Counted from the first letter of the stretch, positions 9,359-18,644 are shown. The stretch is DNA of 64,000 nucleotides from Candidatus Flemingiibacterium merdigallinarum (GCA_904386005.1 CAJFKR010000001.1:212221-276220); one strand, 5' to 3'. Program-made: numbers and translations. Notes: generated by a model not told the origin, from the letters alone.

Positions 9359-9637
9359 TTATATCAGCCGGCCGAGCGCGGTCAGACCGGTGGAAAACGC
9401 GAAGTCGAGGATTCCGATGCAGACGCTGGTGACAACGACCGAAACGGCTACGAGTATCGTATTGTTAAGAGTCTGCTGCGGGGTCGACCAGACCACCTTT
9501 TTGAGCTCGCTCCTGTATTCGCGGAAGAATCTCGCGATGCGCTCGGTGAGCTTCGGCTTGTTCTTCTTTGCGGGAGCCGGCTTGTCAGTGTCGGCTTTTT
9601 TAGCCGGCGCGGCTTCCTTTTTCTCGATATCAGCCAT
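9359..9637 (-). CDS. secE: preprotein translocase subunit SecE
   Basis: 92 aa. Lys/Ala-rich N-terminus, then a REVRSELKKV-like segment and a single TM. Sits at the conserved rpmG-secE-nusG position. Confidence 0.85.
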   Translation of the reverse strand: MADIEKKEAAPAKKADTDKPAPAKKNKPKLTERIARFFREYRSELKKVVWSTPQQTLNNTILVAVSVVVTSVCIGILDFAFSTGLTALGRLI

Positions 9638-9650
9638 TTTTTACCCCTTG

Positions 9651-9800
9651 TTACTTCGTTTCCTTGTGGAGCGTATGCTTGCGGCAGAATTTGCAGTACT
9701 TGTTCATTTCAAGTCTGTCGGGGTCGTTCTTCTTGTTCTTCGTTGTGTCGTAGTTTCTCTGCTTGCACTCGCTGCACGCCAATGTGATTTTTACTCTCAT
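9651..9800 (-). CDS. rpmG: 50S ribosomal protein L33
   Basis: 49 aa: [49 protein letters not shown] (CxxC...CxxC). The longer ORF in the track is an upstream extension. Confidence 0.95.
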   Translation of the reverse strand: MRVKITLACSECKQRNYDTTKNKKNDPDRLEMNKYCKFCRKHTLHKETK

Positions 9801-10005
9801 TTTTCGGCACCTCCCGATTATATTTAAAATTGCGCGGCTCAATGCTGCGCGATGCGCGGCGTTTTGCGCGTATATCGCGGTGTTTTGCCGCACGGAACGC
9901 GGCGCACACACCCCGCTCCAAGGCTTGTACCTCCCTCGACCGAGCTTTTTGTCCGACACGCGGCCATGTCGGCGCAAAAAAAGAACCCTCAGCAGAGGTA
10001 ATATT

Positions 10006-10034
10006 ATTATAGCACAATTATATCCTATTGTCAA
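10006..10034 (-). promoter_or_regulatory. consensus sigma-A type promoter for rpmG-secE-nusG
   Basis: Minus strand reads TTGACA, 17-nt spacer, TATAAT. This implies a leader of about 200 nt before rpmG. Confidence 0.6.
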
Positions 10035-10078
10035 GGGCAATACTCAAAAAAGTCGAAAAATTCAAAAAGGAGAGAAGA

Positions 10079-10140
10079 GTGAGGAGTTAGGAGAAAATTT
10101 TTATTTAGGAAAATTTCTTCTCAAACTCCTGACTCCTCAC
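10079..10140 (-). terminator. long stem-loop downstream of the solute-binding protein gene
   Basis: 15-bp arms GTGAGGAGTTAGGAG / CTCCTGACTCCTCAC (one G-T) around a 32-nt AT-rich loop. T-rich tract follows on the minus strand. Confidence 0.5.
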
Positions 10141-10188
10141 TTAATTATGCTATTCCGATCAGTTGAAGTGCTGACTTTAGTTTCGCTC

Positions 10189-11640
10189 TTACTCCTCGCG
10201 ATAGGTTTTGAGCAGTTCCTCGAGCTTGGCTTCGAGTACAGACTCCTGCGACGCGTACTGCGACGCGAAGTTGCCGCCCTTTTCCTGCATCGAATTTCGG
10301 GTGATGAACACCGGGTCGCCGATGACCGACGAGTTTATGACCGCGAAGTCGTAGCTCGCGCCGTCCATGATGATATCGAACATACGCGCCGAGTCGCTGT
10401 CGCGCAGGTACTTGGTTTTCATCGCGACCTCAAAATACGCGGGCGTCAGATATTTATACGAATATTCGCCCGAAAGCTCGAGATACGCTCCGGCGAGCTC
10501 GGTATTTTTGCAGGTGAGAGGTATCATTATCTGCGAGTAGTTGTCGTTGACCGTAGTGTAGTATCCGTCCTGCGACTCGTCGTATTTCGGGAACGGGAGG
10601 ATTCCGTATTCGTCGCGCATATCGCGGAGCTGGTCGGACAGGTTGAGCGTGCTGGGGTAAAATACGCGCATACTGTTGTAAAAGCTTGCGGTGTTTGTAT
10701 AGTTGTCCTTGTAGAAAACGCTTTCGAGATTTTTCAGTGAGAAATATTTCTCGATAATATCATTGTTCCGTTCGGTGTAGAAATTCCATTTGTACCCGCC
10801 GTCGTCGGTCTTTTCGGTGTAGGTGAAGCGGCAGCCCGCCGCAATCGCGTCGTATCCTCCGCCGAATTCCCAGCCGAGAATGTCGGTTTCCTCGGAGATT
10901 CCGTCTCCGTCGACATCGATCCAGATGTCCTTGACGCAGGACAAAAACTTATCGAGCGTCCACTTGCCGTCGTCGACCAATGAATAGAGGTTGTCTTCGA
11001 CATAGATGTCGGACAGAGTTTTATTAAAGAAGATAGCGTAGCGATAGGATACGGTCGTCAGGTTTATGTCGCCCGCGACGTGGTAGAGCTTATCGTATAC
11101 AGTCGCGTTCTCGACGAAGCTTTGATGCCACCACGGCTTCGACAGGTCGAGGTATTCGATGTCGTAAAGGTTCAGAAGCACACCCTGCGTCGCGAGCATC
11201 GGCGCGCAGTAGGCGTAATATGAAATGATGTCATACGACTGGTCTCCCGCCATGACGTCGCTCGTCACGCTGTTCATGAAATTGATGTGCTCGCCCCAGC
11301 CGCCGGCGCGGGTAATGACGTCGGTCGTGCAGTTCAGCCGCTCGGTTACATATTGGTCGCGCTTATATACGGTATCGTTGATAATATCGCCGTTTTCCTC
11401 CTCGGCGAGGAATTCCTCGGGGAATCCGGATTCCGAACGGGTGAGTATCGTCACGGTCTCGCCGTCAAAATTGAGCGTGTCGGGAACGCTCGACGACACA
11501 GCCTCGCGTCCGACAAGCTCGGCAGTCTCGGCGGCAGTAGTGTCGGCGTTGGCGTCGCCCTCGGTCTGAGCCTGCCGTGCGCAGGACGTCGAGGCGGCGC
11601 ATAAAATTGCGAGAATAAAGGCAATGATTGATTTTGACAT
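10189..11640 (-). CDS. extracellular solute-binding lipoprotein (ABC sugar-type, family 1), paralog 1
   Basis: Signal/lipobox MSKSIIAFILAILCAASTSC. Conserved YGILPFPKYDESQ and NFASQYAS blocks are shared with the four other SBPs in the window. The start could also be ATG 11652 (see leader hairpin). Confidence 0.85.
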   Translation of the reverse strand: MSKSIIAFILAILCAASTSCARQAQTEGDANADTTAAETAELVGREAVSSSVPDTLNFDGETVTILTRSESGFPEEFLAEEENGDIINDTVYKRDQYVTERLNCTTDVITRAGGWGEHINFMNSVTSDVMAGDQSYDIISYYAYCAPMLATQGVLLNLYDIEYLDLSKPWWHQSFVENATVYDKLYHVAGDINLTTVSYRYAIFFNKTLSDIYVEDNLYSLVDDGKWTLDKFLSCVKDIWIDVDGDGISEETDILGWEFGGGYDAIAAGCRFTYTEKTDDGGYKWNFYTERNNDIIEKYFSLKNLESVFYKDNYTNTASFYNSMRVFYPSTLNLSDQLRDMRDEYGILPFPKYDESQDGYYTTVNDNYSQIMIPLTCKNTELAGAYLELSGEYSYKYLTPAYFEVAMKTKYLRDSDSARMFDIIMDGASYDFAVINSSVIGDPVFITRNSMQEKGGNFASQYASQESVLEAKLEELLKTYREE

Positions 11641-11680
11641 TGTTATTACCATGACTTCGCGACAGTGAAGTCTTCCTTTC
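11638..11680 (-). promoter_or_regulatory. SD-hairpin-AUG leader module
   Basis: Minus strand reads GAAAGGAAGACTTCACTGTCGCGAAGTCATGGTAATAACAATG. Near-identical module at 19323-19365. Confidence 0.45.
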
Positions 11681-12150
11681 ATTTTCGTTCTAATATTACT
11701 ATGTCAATCAAAATCGCGATAACGCTTATTTTCGTTTTGTGTCAGCTTTGATTACACATACCGGAACAGCCAAATCGTCGGATAAGTGATAATCATTGAC
11801 AAAAGGAATACGAGCATGAGGGCGACTATGAATAAGGTCAATGTTATAAATCCTCCGCTCACGCCGGGCATCAAAGCCATGATGATATGTGTGAGCTCCC
11901 AGACTCCGCCCGCGGCGATGAAATCGTATCTCCATAATAATAGTTTATCATAAATATGCGGTTTGTCAATAGTTTTGGCGACTTTTCCTTATGTATTTTT
12001 ATACATAACGGTTATCAAATTATTAGAGTAAATAACTGCCGGTATATATCAGTTCAATATAGCGCAATATATATATTATGTATATTGACAAATTGTAGAC
12101 AATATGATATAATATCACCAACATCACATATTGGTTTAGGAGAACTGAAT

Positions 12151-13614
12151 ATGAAAAGCAATAGACTTATAAGCCTTGCGCTGCTCTGTGGGTTGATACT
12201 CGGTCAGCTCGCGTCCTGTGGCGATGAATCAGTATCGCCTGAAAACACTACGGACGTCGCATCCGGCGGTGAAACAACTCAAGCCGAGGAGCCGGCATAC
12301 GAATTTACGACCGCCTATTCGGGAAGCACTTTCTCAATACTCAATGCCGGCGACGTCTACAATATGCGCGCCGAAATCGACCGCGAGGAGTCGACCGGCG
12401 AGTCGCTCAACGACGCTATGTACGAGCGCTGCCGCACCTTTGAGGACAGAACCGGAGTGCTTATCGAGGAGCACTGCGAGCACGTCGACACCGACCTCGC
12501 GAATTACGCGATGCAGACCATTCTCTCCGGCGAGGACTTATATGACACGATATATATGCCCGCGCGCGACCTGTATAAATTTACAAGCGAGGGAATGCTT
12601 TATAACCTGCTCGACTACGACGCGTTCAAGTTCGACGAGCCGTGGTGGCTCAAATCCTACAACGAAGCGAATTCTATAGGCGGCGAGCTGTATGCCGCGG
12701 CGGGCTACTCGCAGCTGATGATCGTCGACTCGATCTGGTGTCTGTTCTTCAACGAGACGATGATGACCGACCTCGGGCTTGATATGCCGTACGACCTCGT
12801 GCGCGAGGGCAATTGGACGCTCGACCGACTGAATGAATACATCAGCGCCGGAGCAAATCTCAACGGAGACGACAGCTTTTCAAACGACGACGAAAACGGC
12901 ACCTGCATATACGGTCTTGCCAATTATCAAAGCGACAAATTCCTCGTCGGAGCGGATGAATTCATCGTCGAAGAAAATGGCGGCAAGCTCGAAATCACCG
13001 CCGGAAGCGACCGCTTCTACAGTCTGCTTGACAAAATGTCCACGATATTCTCCGAATCCGACGGTCACGCGATCCTCCATTTTCCGGCATGGCCCGCTAC
13101 CGACGATACCCCGAACAGCGCAGTCGGACTCTTTGAGCACAGCCGCGCGCTCTTTCTCACGGCCGAGCTCAGCAAGACCAGCCGTCAGCGCGACAAGAGC
13201 TACAGCTATGGCATAGTCCCGTTCCCGAAATACGACGAGAGCCAGGAAAGCTATCACGCCACCTCGTTCTACGGCACTCCCTGCTATTCGATCCCTGTGA
13301 CCTGCACCGACCCCGAGCGCTCGGCGATACTCGGCGATGCGCTGACCTATTTAAGCTATGAAATGGTTTGGCCGGTTTACCGAAACACCACGCTTGAACA
13401 GAAAGGCCTGCGCAACGAGGATTCGATTGAAATGCTCGACATAATCATCAAATCCGCCGCGCCTGACCTTGTTTTGTCCTACAACATCGGTTCGGAGATG
13501 CGCACCGAGGTGCTGAACGCCGTCACCGAAAAGACCGGCAATTTCGCTTCGATATACGCGTCATATGAATCGCAGATGCAAACCGACCTTGACAAGGTGA
13601 ACAACAATCAGTGA
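12151..13614 (+). CDS. extracellular solute-binding lipoprotein, paralog 2
   Basis: AGGAG lies before ATG 12151. MKSNRLISLALLCGLILGQLASC lipobox. YGIVPFPKYDESQ and NFASIYAS blocks. Confidence 0.85.
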   Translation: MKSNRLISLALLCGLILGQLASCGDESVSPENTTDVASGGETTQAEEPAYEFTTAYSGSTFSILNAGDVYNMRAEIDREESTGESLNDAMYERCRTFEDRTGVLIEEHCEHVDTDLANYAMQTILSGEDLYDTIYMPARDLYKFTSEGMLYNLLDYDAFKFDEPWWLKSYNEANSIGGELYAAAGYSQLMIVDSIWCLFFNETMMTDLGLDMPYDLVREGNWTLDRLNEYISAGANLNGDDSFSNDDENGTCIYGLANYQSDKFLVGADEFIVEENGGKLEITAGSDRFYSLLDKMSTIFSESDGHAILHFPAWPATDDTPNSAVGLFEHSRALFLTAELSKTSRQRDKSYSYGIVPFPKYDESQESYHATSFYGTPCYSIPVTCTDPERSAILGDALTYLSYEMVWPVYRNTTLEQKGLRNEDSIEMLDIIIKSAAPDLVLSYNIGSEMRTEVLNAVTEKTGNFASIYASYESQMQTDLDKVNNNQ

Positions 13615-13668
13615 CCGCCGCATAACACTGACACAAAGCTAATGTCAGCGCCGCATAATCCCTCCCGT

Positions 13669-13736
13669 AAAAATAAACCGCCGGACGACCGCCTCCCGAT
13701 GCAATGGGAAGCGGATGCGTCCGGCGGTATTTTTTA
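13669..13736. terminator. bidirectional terminator (long hairpin)
   Basis: ACCGCCGGACG...CGTCCGGCGGT flanked by an A-run and a T-run, between convergent genes. Confidence 0.7.
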
Positions 13737-13745
13737 TCTTCCGCT

Positions 13746-14885
13746 TTATCCAAAGGCTTTGTTTGTCACGATTTTCAGCGCCGAGCCGTCCGAAACGAGT
13801 CGTCCGGCGATGATGTCCTCCTCGCGCAGCTTCGCCATCAATATCTCACGGTCGCTGTTGCGGTTGTAGTCGTAGATTATGTAGATGTAGCCGTCCGAGC
13901 CCTCGACTCCGTCGGGGTAGGAAACATCTCCCCGCTCGTCGAGCAGCAGGCTGTACTTCCAGCTCTGACCGTCGTCGTCGGAGAGCAGCGCGGTCAGGTT
14001 GTTGCGACCCTTGAAGTTGACGTGATTTACGAGCAGCAGCCGTCCGCTCTTAAGTCTGCGGACAAAGAAGCGTGAGTTCGGACCGCCGAGCCCCGAATCT
14101 CGCTCGCCCGTAAAGGTCTTGCCGCGGTCGTATGAAAAGGCTTCGCCAATTCCGTTCTTCGCGCGTATCAGCATGACGAGCGAGCCGTCCCGACGTTCGT
14201 AGATCATATGCTCGTCGAAATGGCGGTCGGGGTAGTCGCTGTGACTATACAGAGCGTAGGTCTTTCCCGAGTCGGTCGAGCGGTAGACATTCGAAAAGCG
14301 CTCGGCCGGCAGGTAGTTGTATTCCGAGTTCGCGACCTTCCAGACGGCGCAGGGCAGCAGCCACTCGCCGCTTGACAATACGGTCGGCTTGTTCATCATG
14401 ATACCGTTCGCGATACGCTCGGGAGCCGAGAAGCACGGGACATCAGCGTCGGGATTCTCGCAGACCGAGCACCAGACACCGCAGCGCCCGTCGTACCAAC
14501 CGCAGCTCTGAGCCCAGAACAGCCGCAGCTTTTTGTCGGGCGAGATCCAGAGACAGGGGTCGTAGCAGCGGGTGTTTTCGGTCGGCGGGACTACCGCCAT
14601 TATCGTCTCGGAAAAGTCGAGGTCGCACGCGTTTTTGCCGTCGCTGTCGCGGCAGCGGTGTATCAGCAGGAAATTGCCGTTGCCCTCAGTCTCGGTGCCG
14701 GTGTAGAACACTGTGTAGATGCTTCCGGCTTCGGTGCGCTCGATGCCGGGTATGCCTTGGAATTTGCGGCAGCAGTCGGCGTATATGCCGTGAGGGTCGG
14801 AGAGGGTCGCCTTGTCGGTGATAAAGTGCGCGGGGAGCAGCGAGTTGTCCTTCGAGGTTTGGTCGATGTTGGCTTGATTGTTCAT
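13746..14885 (-). CDS. BNR/Asp-box repeat protein, sialidase (exo-alpha-sialidase)-like, no signal peptide
   Basis: Asp-box motifs STDSGKTY, SYDRGKTF and SDDDGQSW. 379 aa. Confidence 0.75.
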   Translation of the reverse strand: MNNQANIDQTSKDNSLLPAHFITDKATLSDPHGIYADCCRKFQGIPGIERTEAGSIYTVFYTGTETEGNGNFLLIHRCRDSDGKNACDLDFSETIMAVVPPTENTRCYDPCLWISPDKKLRLFWAQSCGWYDGRCGVWCSVCENPDADVPCFSAPERIANGIMMNKPTVLSSGEWLLPCAVWKVANSEYNYLPAERFSNVYRSTDSGKTYALYSHSDYPDRHFDEHMIYERRDGSLVMLIRAKNGIGEAFSYDRGKTFTGERDSGLGGPNSRFFVRRLKSGRLLLVNHVNFKGRNNLTALLSDDDGQSWKYSLLLDERGDVSYPDGVEGSDGYIYIIYDYNRNSDREILMAKLREEDIIAGRLVSDGSALKIVTNKAFG

Positions 14886-14924
14886 TGTGTATCATCCTTT
14901 CTTGACAGTATGATATAATCAACT

Positions 14925-15115
14925 GAATTTGTTTTGTGGCAGCTGTCGGAGGAATCAGCGGCGGTGCATTTTGAATGAATATATCATATTACTTTCAGCG
15001 CAGACTGTCTTGGCAATCAGTCAGGGCATCCAGCCGCGTCGATATGTATATCATCAGTCTCGGTCGTATTGACCGTGCAGTCACAAAACTCGTGTCTGCA
15101 AATTTATTTTCAAAC
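14925..15115 (-). repeat. structured leader repeat, degenerate copy 3
   Basis: Minus strand carries GTTTGAAAAtaaaTTTGCAGACACGAGTTTTGTGAC ... GCCACAAAAC. The matching blocks of 47691-47832 and 54686-54828 are present, with a longer core. Confidence 0.35.
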
Positions 15116-15170
15116 TTCAGTCCTTTGCTGTTCGGTATACCGAACGATATCCGAAATTTTTAGTTTGCAA

Positions 15171-15199
15171 ATTATATCATGGATTGTAGTGGCTGTCAA
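15171..15199 (-). promoter_or_regulatory. consensus promoter driving the long leader of the sialidase-like gene
   Basis: Minus strand reads TTGACA, 17 nt, TATAAT. Confidence 0.6.
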
Positions 15200-15253
15200 T
15201 AGTCGATTGCCACAAAATCATGTGAATATTATTGTACGTTGTGACAGAATGAC

Positions 15254-15282
15254 AAAAGGGACTGCATTTTTGATGCAGTCCC
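15254..15282 (-). terminator. Rho-independent terminator (minus strand)
   Basis: GGGACTGCAT-caaaa-ATGCAGTCCC followed by TTTT on the minus strand. Confidence 0.7.
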
Positions 15283-15497
15283 TGCGGATTTGTCAGTATG
15301 ATTCAACTTGTATTTTAACGAGAGTTTGATAAAAATTATAACAATGTAATTACGCAATCAACTGAACAAACAATATAAGTTCCAAACGACCACGTAGAAA
15401 CCAGCCGCCGGTTGGGAAGCAGGGTCCCATTAGGCGGCGCGCCTCTGTGGTATCTGACAGCAAGCAATAATAAAATATCTGCGCAGTTATAATAATC

Positions 15498-16793
15498 GCA
15501 AATTGCAATAGCAAGTTGCAATAGTTTTCAAAAAGGTAACAATTCATAGTAGAACAGCGTTGGCTCACGGAAGGAGGGGCGAAGCCCCGAGTGGAGGGAG
15601 CCAACGGCGCGGTCCGCAGCAGGCGGGGCAGTTTTGCTGCTCACGCGGCATAGATGCGGTCGAGTTGGCGCTCGAAAAGCTCCTCAGGAGTGGCATAACC
15701 GAGGATTTTTCGCGGCAGACTATTGATGCAGTCGGCGAAGAAGCAAATTTCGTCGGCGGTGTAGTCTGAAATGCTTTTGCCCTTGGGAATAAACCGCCGC
15801 AGCATACGGTTATGGCACTCGTTAGTACCTTTCTCACAGGAAGAATATGGGTGTGTGAAATAGACCTTCAGTGTGCCGTTTTCCAGAAGAGAAAGCCCCG
15901 CAAACTCTGAGCCGTTGTCACCGGTAATGGTCTTGAACACTTGATCGCGTTGCCCCCCGAAGGACGATATGACCCGCTGCAGAGCTTCGTTGATTGCCTC
16001 GGCGGTATGATTGCGAGCCTTTACCCAGATGCACATCCGTGTCATACGCTCCACAAGCGTGAGGACACAAGGCTCATTTTCATCCTTTTTGCCGATGACC
16101 GTGTCTATTTCCCAATGGCCAAACTCGGTACGAAATTTCACGATTTCAGGGCGTTCTTCGATGCTCTGACCGAGAATTTTCCTGTTCTCACGGGCTTTTT
16201 TAGCTTTCGTATTACGGCGGAGCTTTTCGGGCAGGTCGATGTTCTTGATGGGCAGAAGCCCCAGATCCACGTAGTTGTAGAGGGTCTTGGTACAGACCAT
16301 TTCCGAACGAGGGAACGTGCCGTTTCTCATTGCCTCTCCGCAGCTGGCATCCAGCGACCATTTGTCTGCGCTTTTGAAGCGATCTACTACGTATTGGAGA
16401 AAACGAACTGCAGCGAGACAGCGGTACTGCTTGCGGCAGTTCTGTCGGTGTTCAAGATATACTTTCTTGCCCTCGTCTGCTTTGTATCGTTTCACCTTTC
16501 CGTTATAAAGCGATACCGTGCCGCGTTTGATCTCGTTTTTGATGGTGTTGTATGGACGCCCCAAATGCTTGGCGATACGGTAGATAGACCAGCCGTCTTT
16601 CAATCGTACTTCAATTTCGTGTCTTTCTTCACTCAAAAGGTGTTGACCTTTCCTGTGTTCTGTGGTATAATTAGTATTGTCCATATTGACGATCCTTTCG
16701 AATTGGTGTCTTAAGCAAACTCAATTCTACCACAGAATCGTTACTATGGATTTTCTTTTTTGAAAACTGTTTATTGCAACTTCATTTTACAAC
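15498..16793 (-). mobile_element. IS30-family insertion sequence (about 1.3 kb)
   Basis: Single transposase ORF. Imperfect terminal inverted repeats share AAGTTGCAATA...GTTTTCAAAAA. Flanked by the direct repeat CAGTTATAATAATC (15484-15497 and 16799-16812). Confidence 0.8.
15641..16684 (-). CDS. IS30 family transposase
   Basis: 347 aa. N-terminal HTH (LSEERHEIEVRLKDGWSIYRIAKHLGR), a DDE core with HWEIDT, and an ITGDNGSEF region. Confidence 0.9.
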   Translation of the reverse strand: MDNTNYTTEHRKGQHLLSEERHEIEVRLKDGWSIYRIAKHLGRPYNTIKNEIKRGTVSLYNGKVKRYKADEGKKVYLEHRQNCRKQYRCLAAVRFLQYVVDRFKSADKWSLDASCGEAMRNGTFPRSEMVCTKTLYNYVDLGLLPIKNIDLPEKLRRNTKAKKARENRKILGQSIEERPEIVKFRTEFGHWEIDTVIGKKDENEPCVLTLVERMTRMCIWVKARNHTAEAINEALQRVISSFGGQRDQVFKTITGDNGSEFAGLSLLENGTLKVYFTHPYSSCEKGTNECHNRMLRRFIPKGKSISDYTADEICFFADCINSLPRKILGYATPEELFERQLDRIYAA

Positions 16794-16951
16794 GCGCCCA
16801 GTTATAATAATCTACGCTATGACCCAAATTATCAAAAGTTTTCGGGTGGGGGTCTGGGGGAGCCCCTTTTTTCAAAAGGGGCTCCCCCAGTAAAAGCAAA
16901 CAATATCGCAGTACTAAATAAAAGCTCCCGTCGAACTCACGTTAGCTTATA

Positions 16952-18628
16952 TCAATCGTCAGCTTTATTCTCTTTTGCCGGAAAGTGTACGGTTATCGTC
17001 GTGCCTTTGCCGGGCGCGCTCACAAGCTCGAGCTTCGCGTTGTGGTACTTGACCGCGTGCTTGACTATCGACAGACCGAGTCCGGTGCCGCCCGACTGCT
17101 TCGAGTGGCTCTTGTCGACGCGGTAAAAACGCTCGAATATCCGGCTCTGATGCTCGGGCGGAATACCGATGCCGGTGTCGCTGACCGAAAGCAGGGCGCC
17201 GTCCGAATCGGGATTGGCGGTAACCGTCACACTGCCGTTGTCGACATTGTATTTGATAGCGTTGTCACACAGATTGTATACAATCTCATATAACAGTCTG
17301 CGGACGCCATTTATAACGCACACTCCGCCGACAAGCTCGAGCTTTATTCCGCGCGCCGAGGCTGTAGGCTCAAGCGACTTCACAACCTCGTCGCAGAGCT
17401 CGTACAGGTTCACATCCTCGCGCGGCATTTCCTGCTCCTCGTCGAGCTGAGACAGCCGGATAATGTCCTCGATCAGCCGTACCAGACGCGTCGCCTCGAA
17501 ACGGATGTGTCCGATGAAACGCGGCATATCTTCCGACTTTACCAGCCCGTTTTCGATTAACTCGGCACTGCCGATTATCGTTTGCAGCGGAGTTTTAAGC
17601 TCGTGCGACACATTTGCGGTGAATTCGCGCCGCCGGCTCTCGGCCAGCGCCTGCTCGGTCACGTCGAACGCGAGCAGTACGGTACCGGTTACCTTTCCGT
17701 CTGACTCAATACGGCTCAAATCGAACTGATACTCGCGTCCCTCGCGCTCACAGCGCAGCTCGGCGTGTCCCGTAGAGGTCGCGCGACTTATCGCTTGCGT
17801 CAGCTCGGGCGTGCGGTCGACGGTTAAAAAATTCTGACCGACGCAGGACATATCAGTCATAAACAGCCGCTCGGCCGCGGGATTGATGCTGATGACCTCG
17901 CCCTTCGCACCGAGCAGTACCAGACCCTCGTTCATATTTCCGGTGATCTGCGCGAACTCCTCGGTCCGGCGTCTTAGCTCGAGCAGCTGAGCCGTTATCT
18001 GCTGATGCTGACGGTTTATACGGTTGAGGAGCGGCGACAGCTCGGGATAGGCGTCGTTTTCGAGCGGGTGGTCGAGATCGAGCCGGTTCAGCGGCTCGAC
18101 GACCCGCTTCGACATACGTCCGGCGAGAATCGCCGACAGAATGAACGCTCCGGCGAATATCAGAGCCATTGGCGGCAGCATACCGAACAGCAACGACAAT
18201 ACGCTCGCGCGGCTGTTGGATATGCGTAGCACCGAGCCGTCGTCTAACCGAACTGCGCTGTATATAGTCTGCTCGGTCAGGGTAGACGACCAGCGCGAGC
18301 TCTCGCCCCAGCCGGCGGCAAGGGCTTCGCTTATCTCCTCGCGCCCCAAGTGGTTATCCATTTCGGCGGGGTCGGCATCGCTTTCGAATAACACGGTTCC
18401 GTCCGAGGCAATCCACGTAACCCGGCTGCTCTCGTCGATGTCCAGTCCCTCAAGGTACGCGACCCCGCTAGACTCGAGCGCGCTTTTCGCGAGTCCGAGC
18501 TCAAGCCGCATCTGACGCTTCAGGAGACCGGTCGAATAGTCGTACATAACGCCGATTATCACAGTAAAGCTCGCGAGCAGAACTATCAGTGACGCGAGCA
18601 GGATTGAATAAAAGATTTTCCGGTTCAT
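16952..18628 (-). CDS. sensor histidine kinase, PhoR-like
   Basis: GAGGAG lies before ATG 18628. Two TM segments, a PAS-like region, H-box FTANVSHELKTPL, and N/G boxes (DNAIKY, DTGIGI, GGTGLGLSIV). Confidence 0.85.
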   Translation of the reverse strand: MNRKIFYSILLASLIVLLASFTVIIGVMYDYSTGLLKRQMRLELGLAKSALESSGVAYLEGLDIDESSRVTWIASDGTVLFESDADPAEMDNHLGREEISEALAAGWGESSRWSSTLTEQTIYSAVRLDDGSVLRISNSRASVLSLLFGMLPPMALIFAGAFILSAILAGRMSKRVVEPLNRLDLDHPLENDAYPELSPLLNRINRQHQQITAQLLELRRRTEEFAQITGNMNEGLVLLGAKGEVISINPAAERLFMTDMSCVGQNFLTVDRTPELTQAISRATSTGHAELRCEREGREYQFDLSRIESDGKVTGTVLLAFDVTEQALAESRRREFTANVSHELKTPLQTIIGSAELIENGLVKSEDMPRFIGHIRFEATRLVRLIEDIIRLSQLDEEQEMPREDVNLYELCDEVVKSLEPTASARGIKLELVGGVCVINGVRRLLYEIVYNLCDNAIKYNVDNGSVTVTANPDSDGALLSVSDTGIGIPPEHQSRIFERFYRVDKSHSKQSGGTGLGLSIVKHAVKYHNAKLELVSAPGKGTTITVHFPAKENKADD

Positions 18629-18644
18629 ATCGGCTCCTCGCGCC

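Larger units (their letters stand above)
15315..16944 (-). mobile_element. MITE-like repeat, copy B, interrupted by an IS30-family element
   Basis: Ends are TTAACGAGAGTTTGAT and GTCGAACTCACGTTA. Segments 15315-15497 and 16794-16944 are together collinear with copy C (41938-42252) in reverse orientation. Confidence 0.6.

Noticed and set aside
11726-11935. 69-aa ORF, and an alternative-frame hydrophobic stretch (…WRYDFIAAGGVWELTHIIMALMPGVSGGFITLTLFIVALMLVFLLSMIITYPTIWLFRYV), upstream of SBP paralog 1
   Set aside because: The listed ORF is Arg/His-rich with no SD. The hydrophobic frame looks like a membrane-protein C-terminus or a 42-aa peptide, but it lacks a start with an SD. It may be a gene remnant, which is not enough to annotate.
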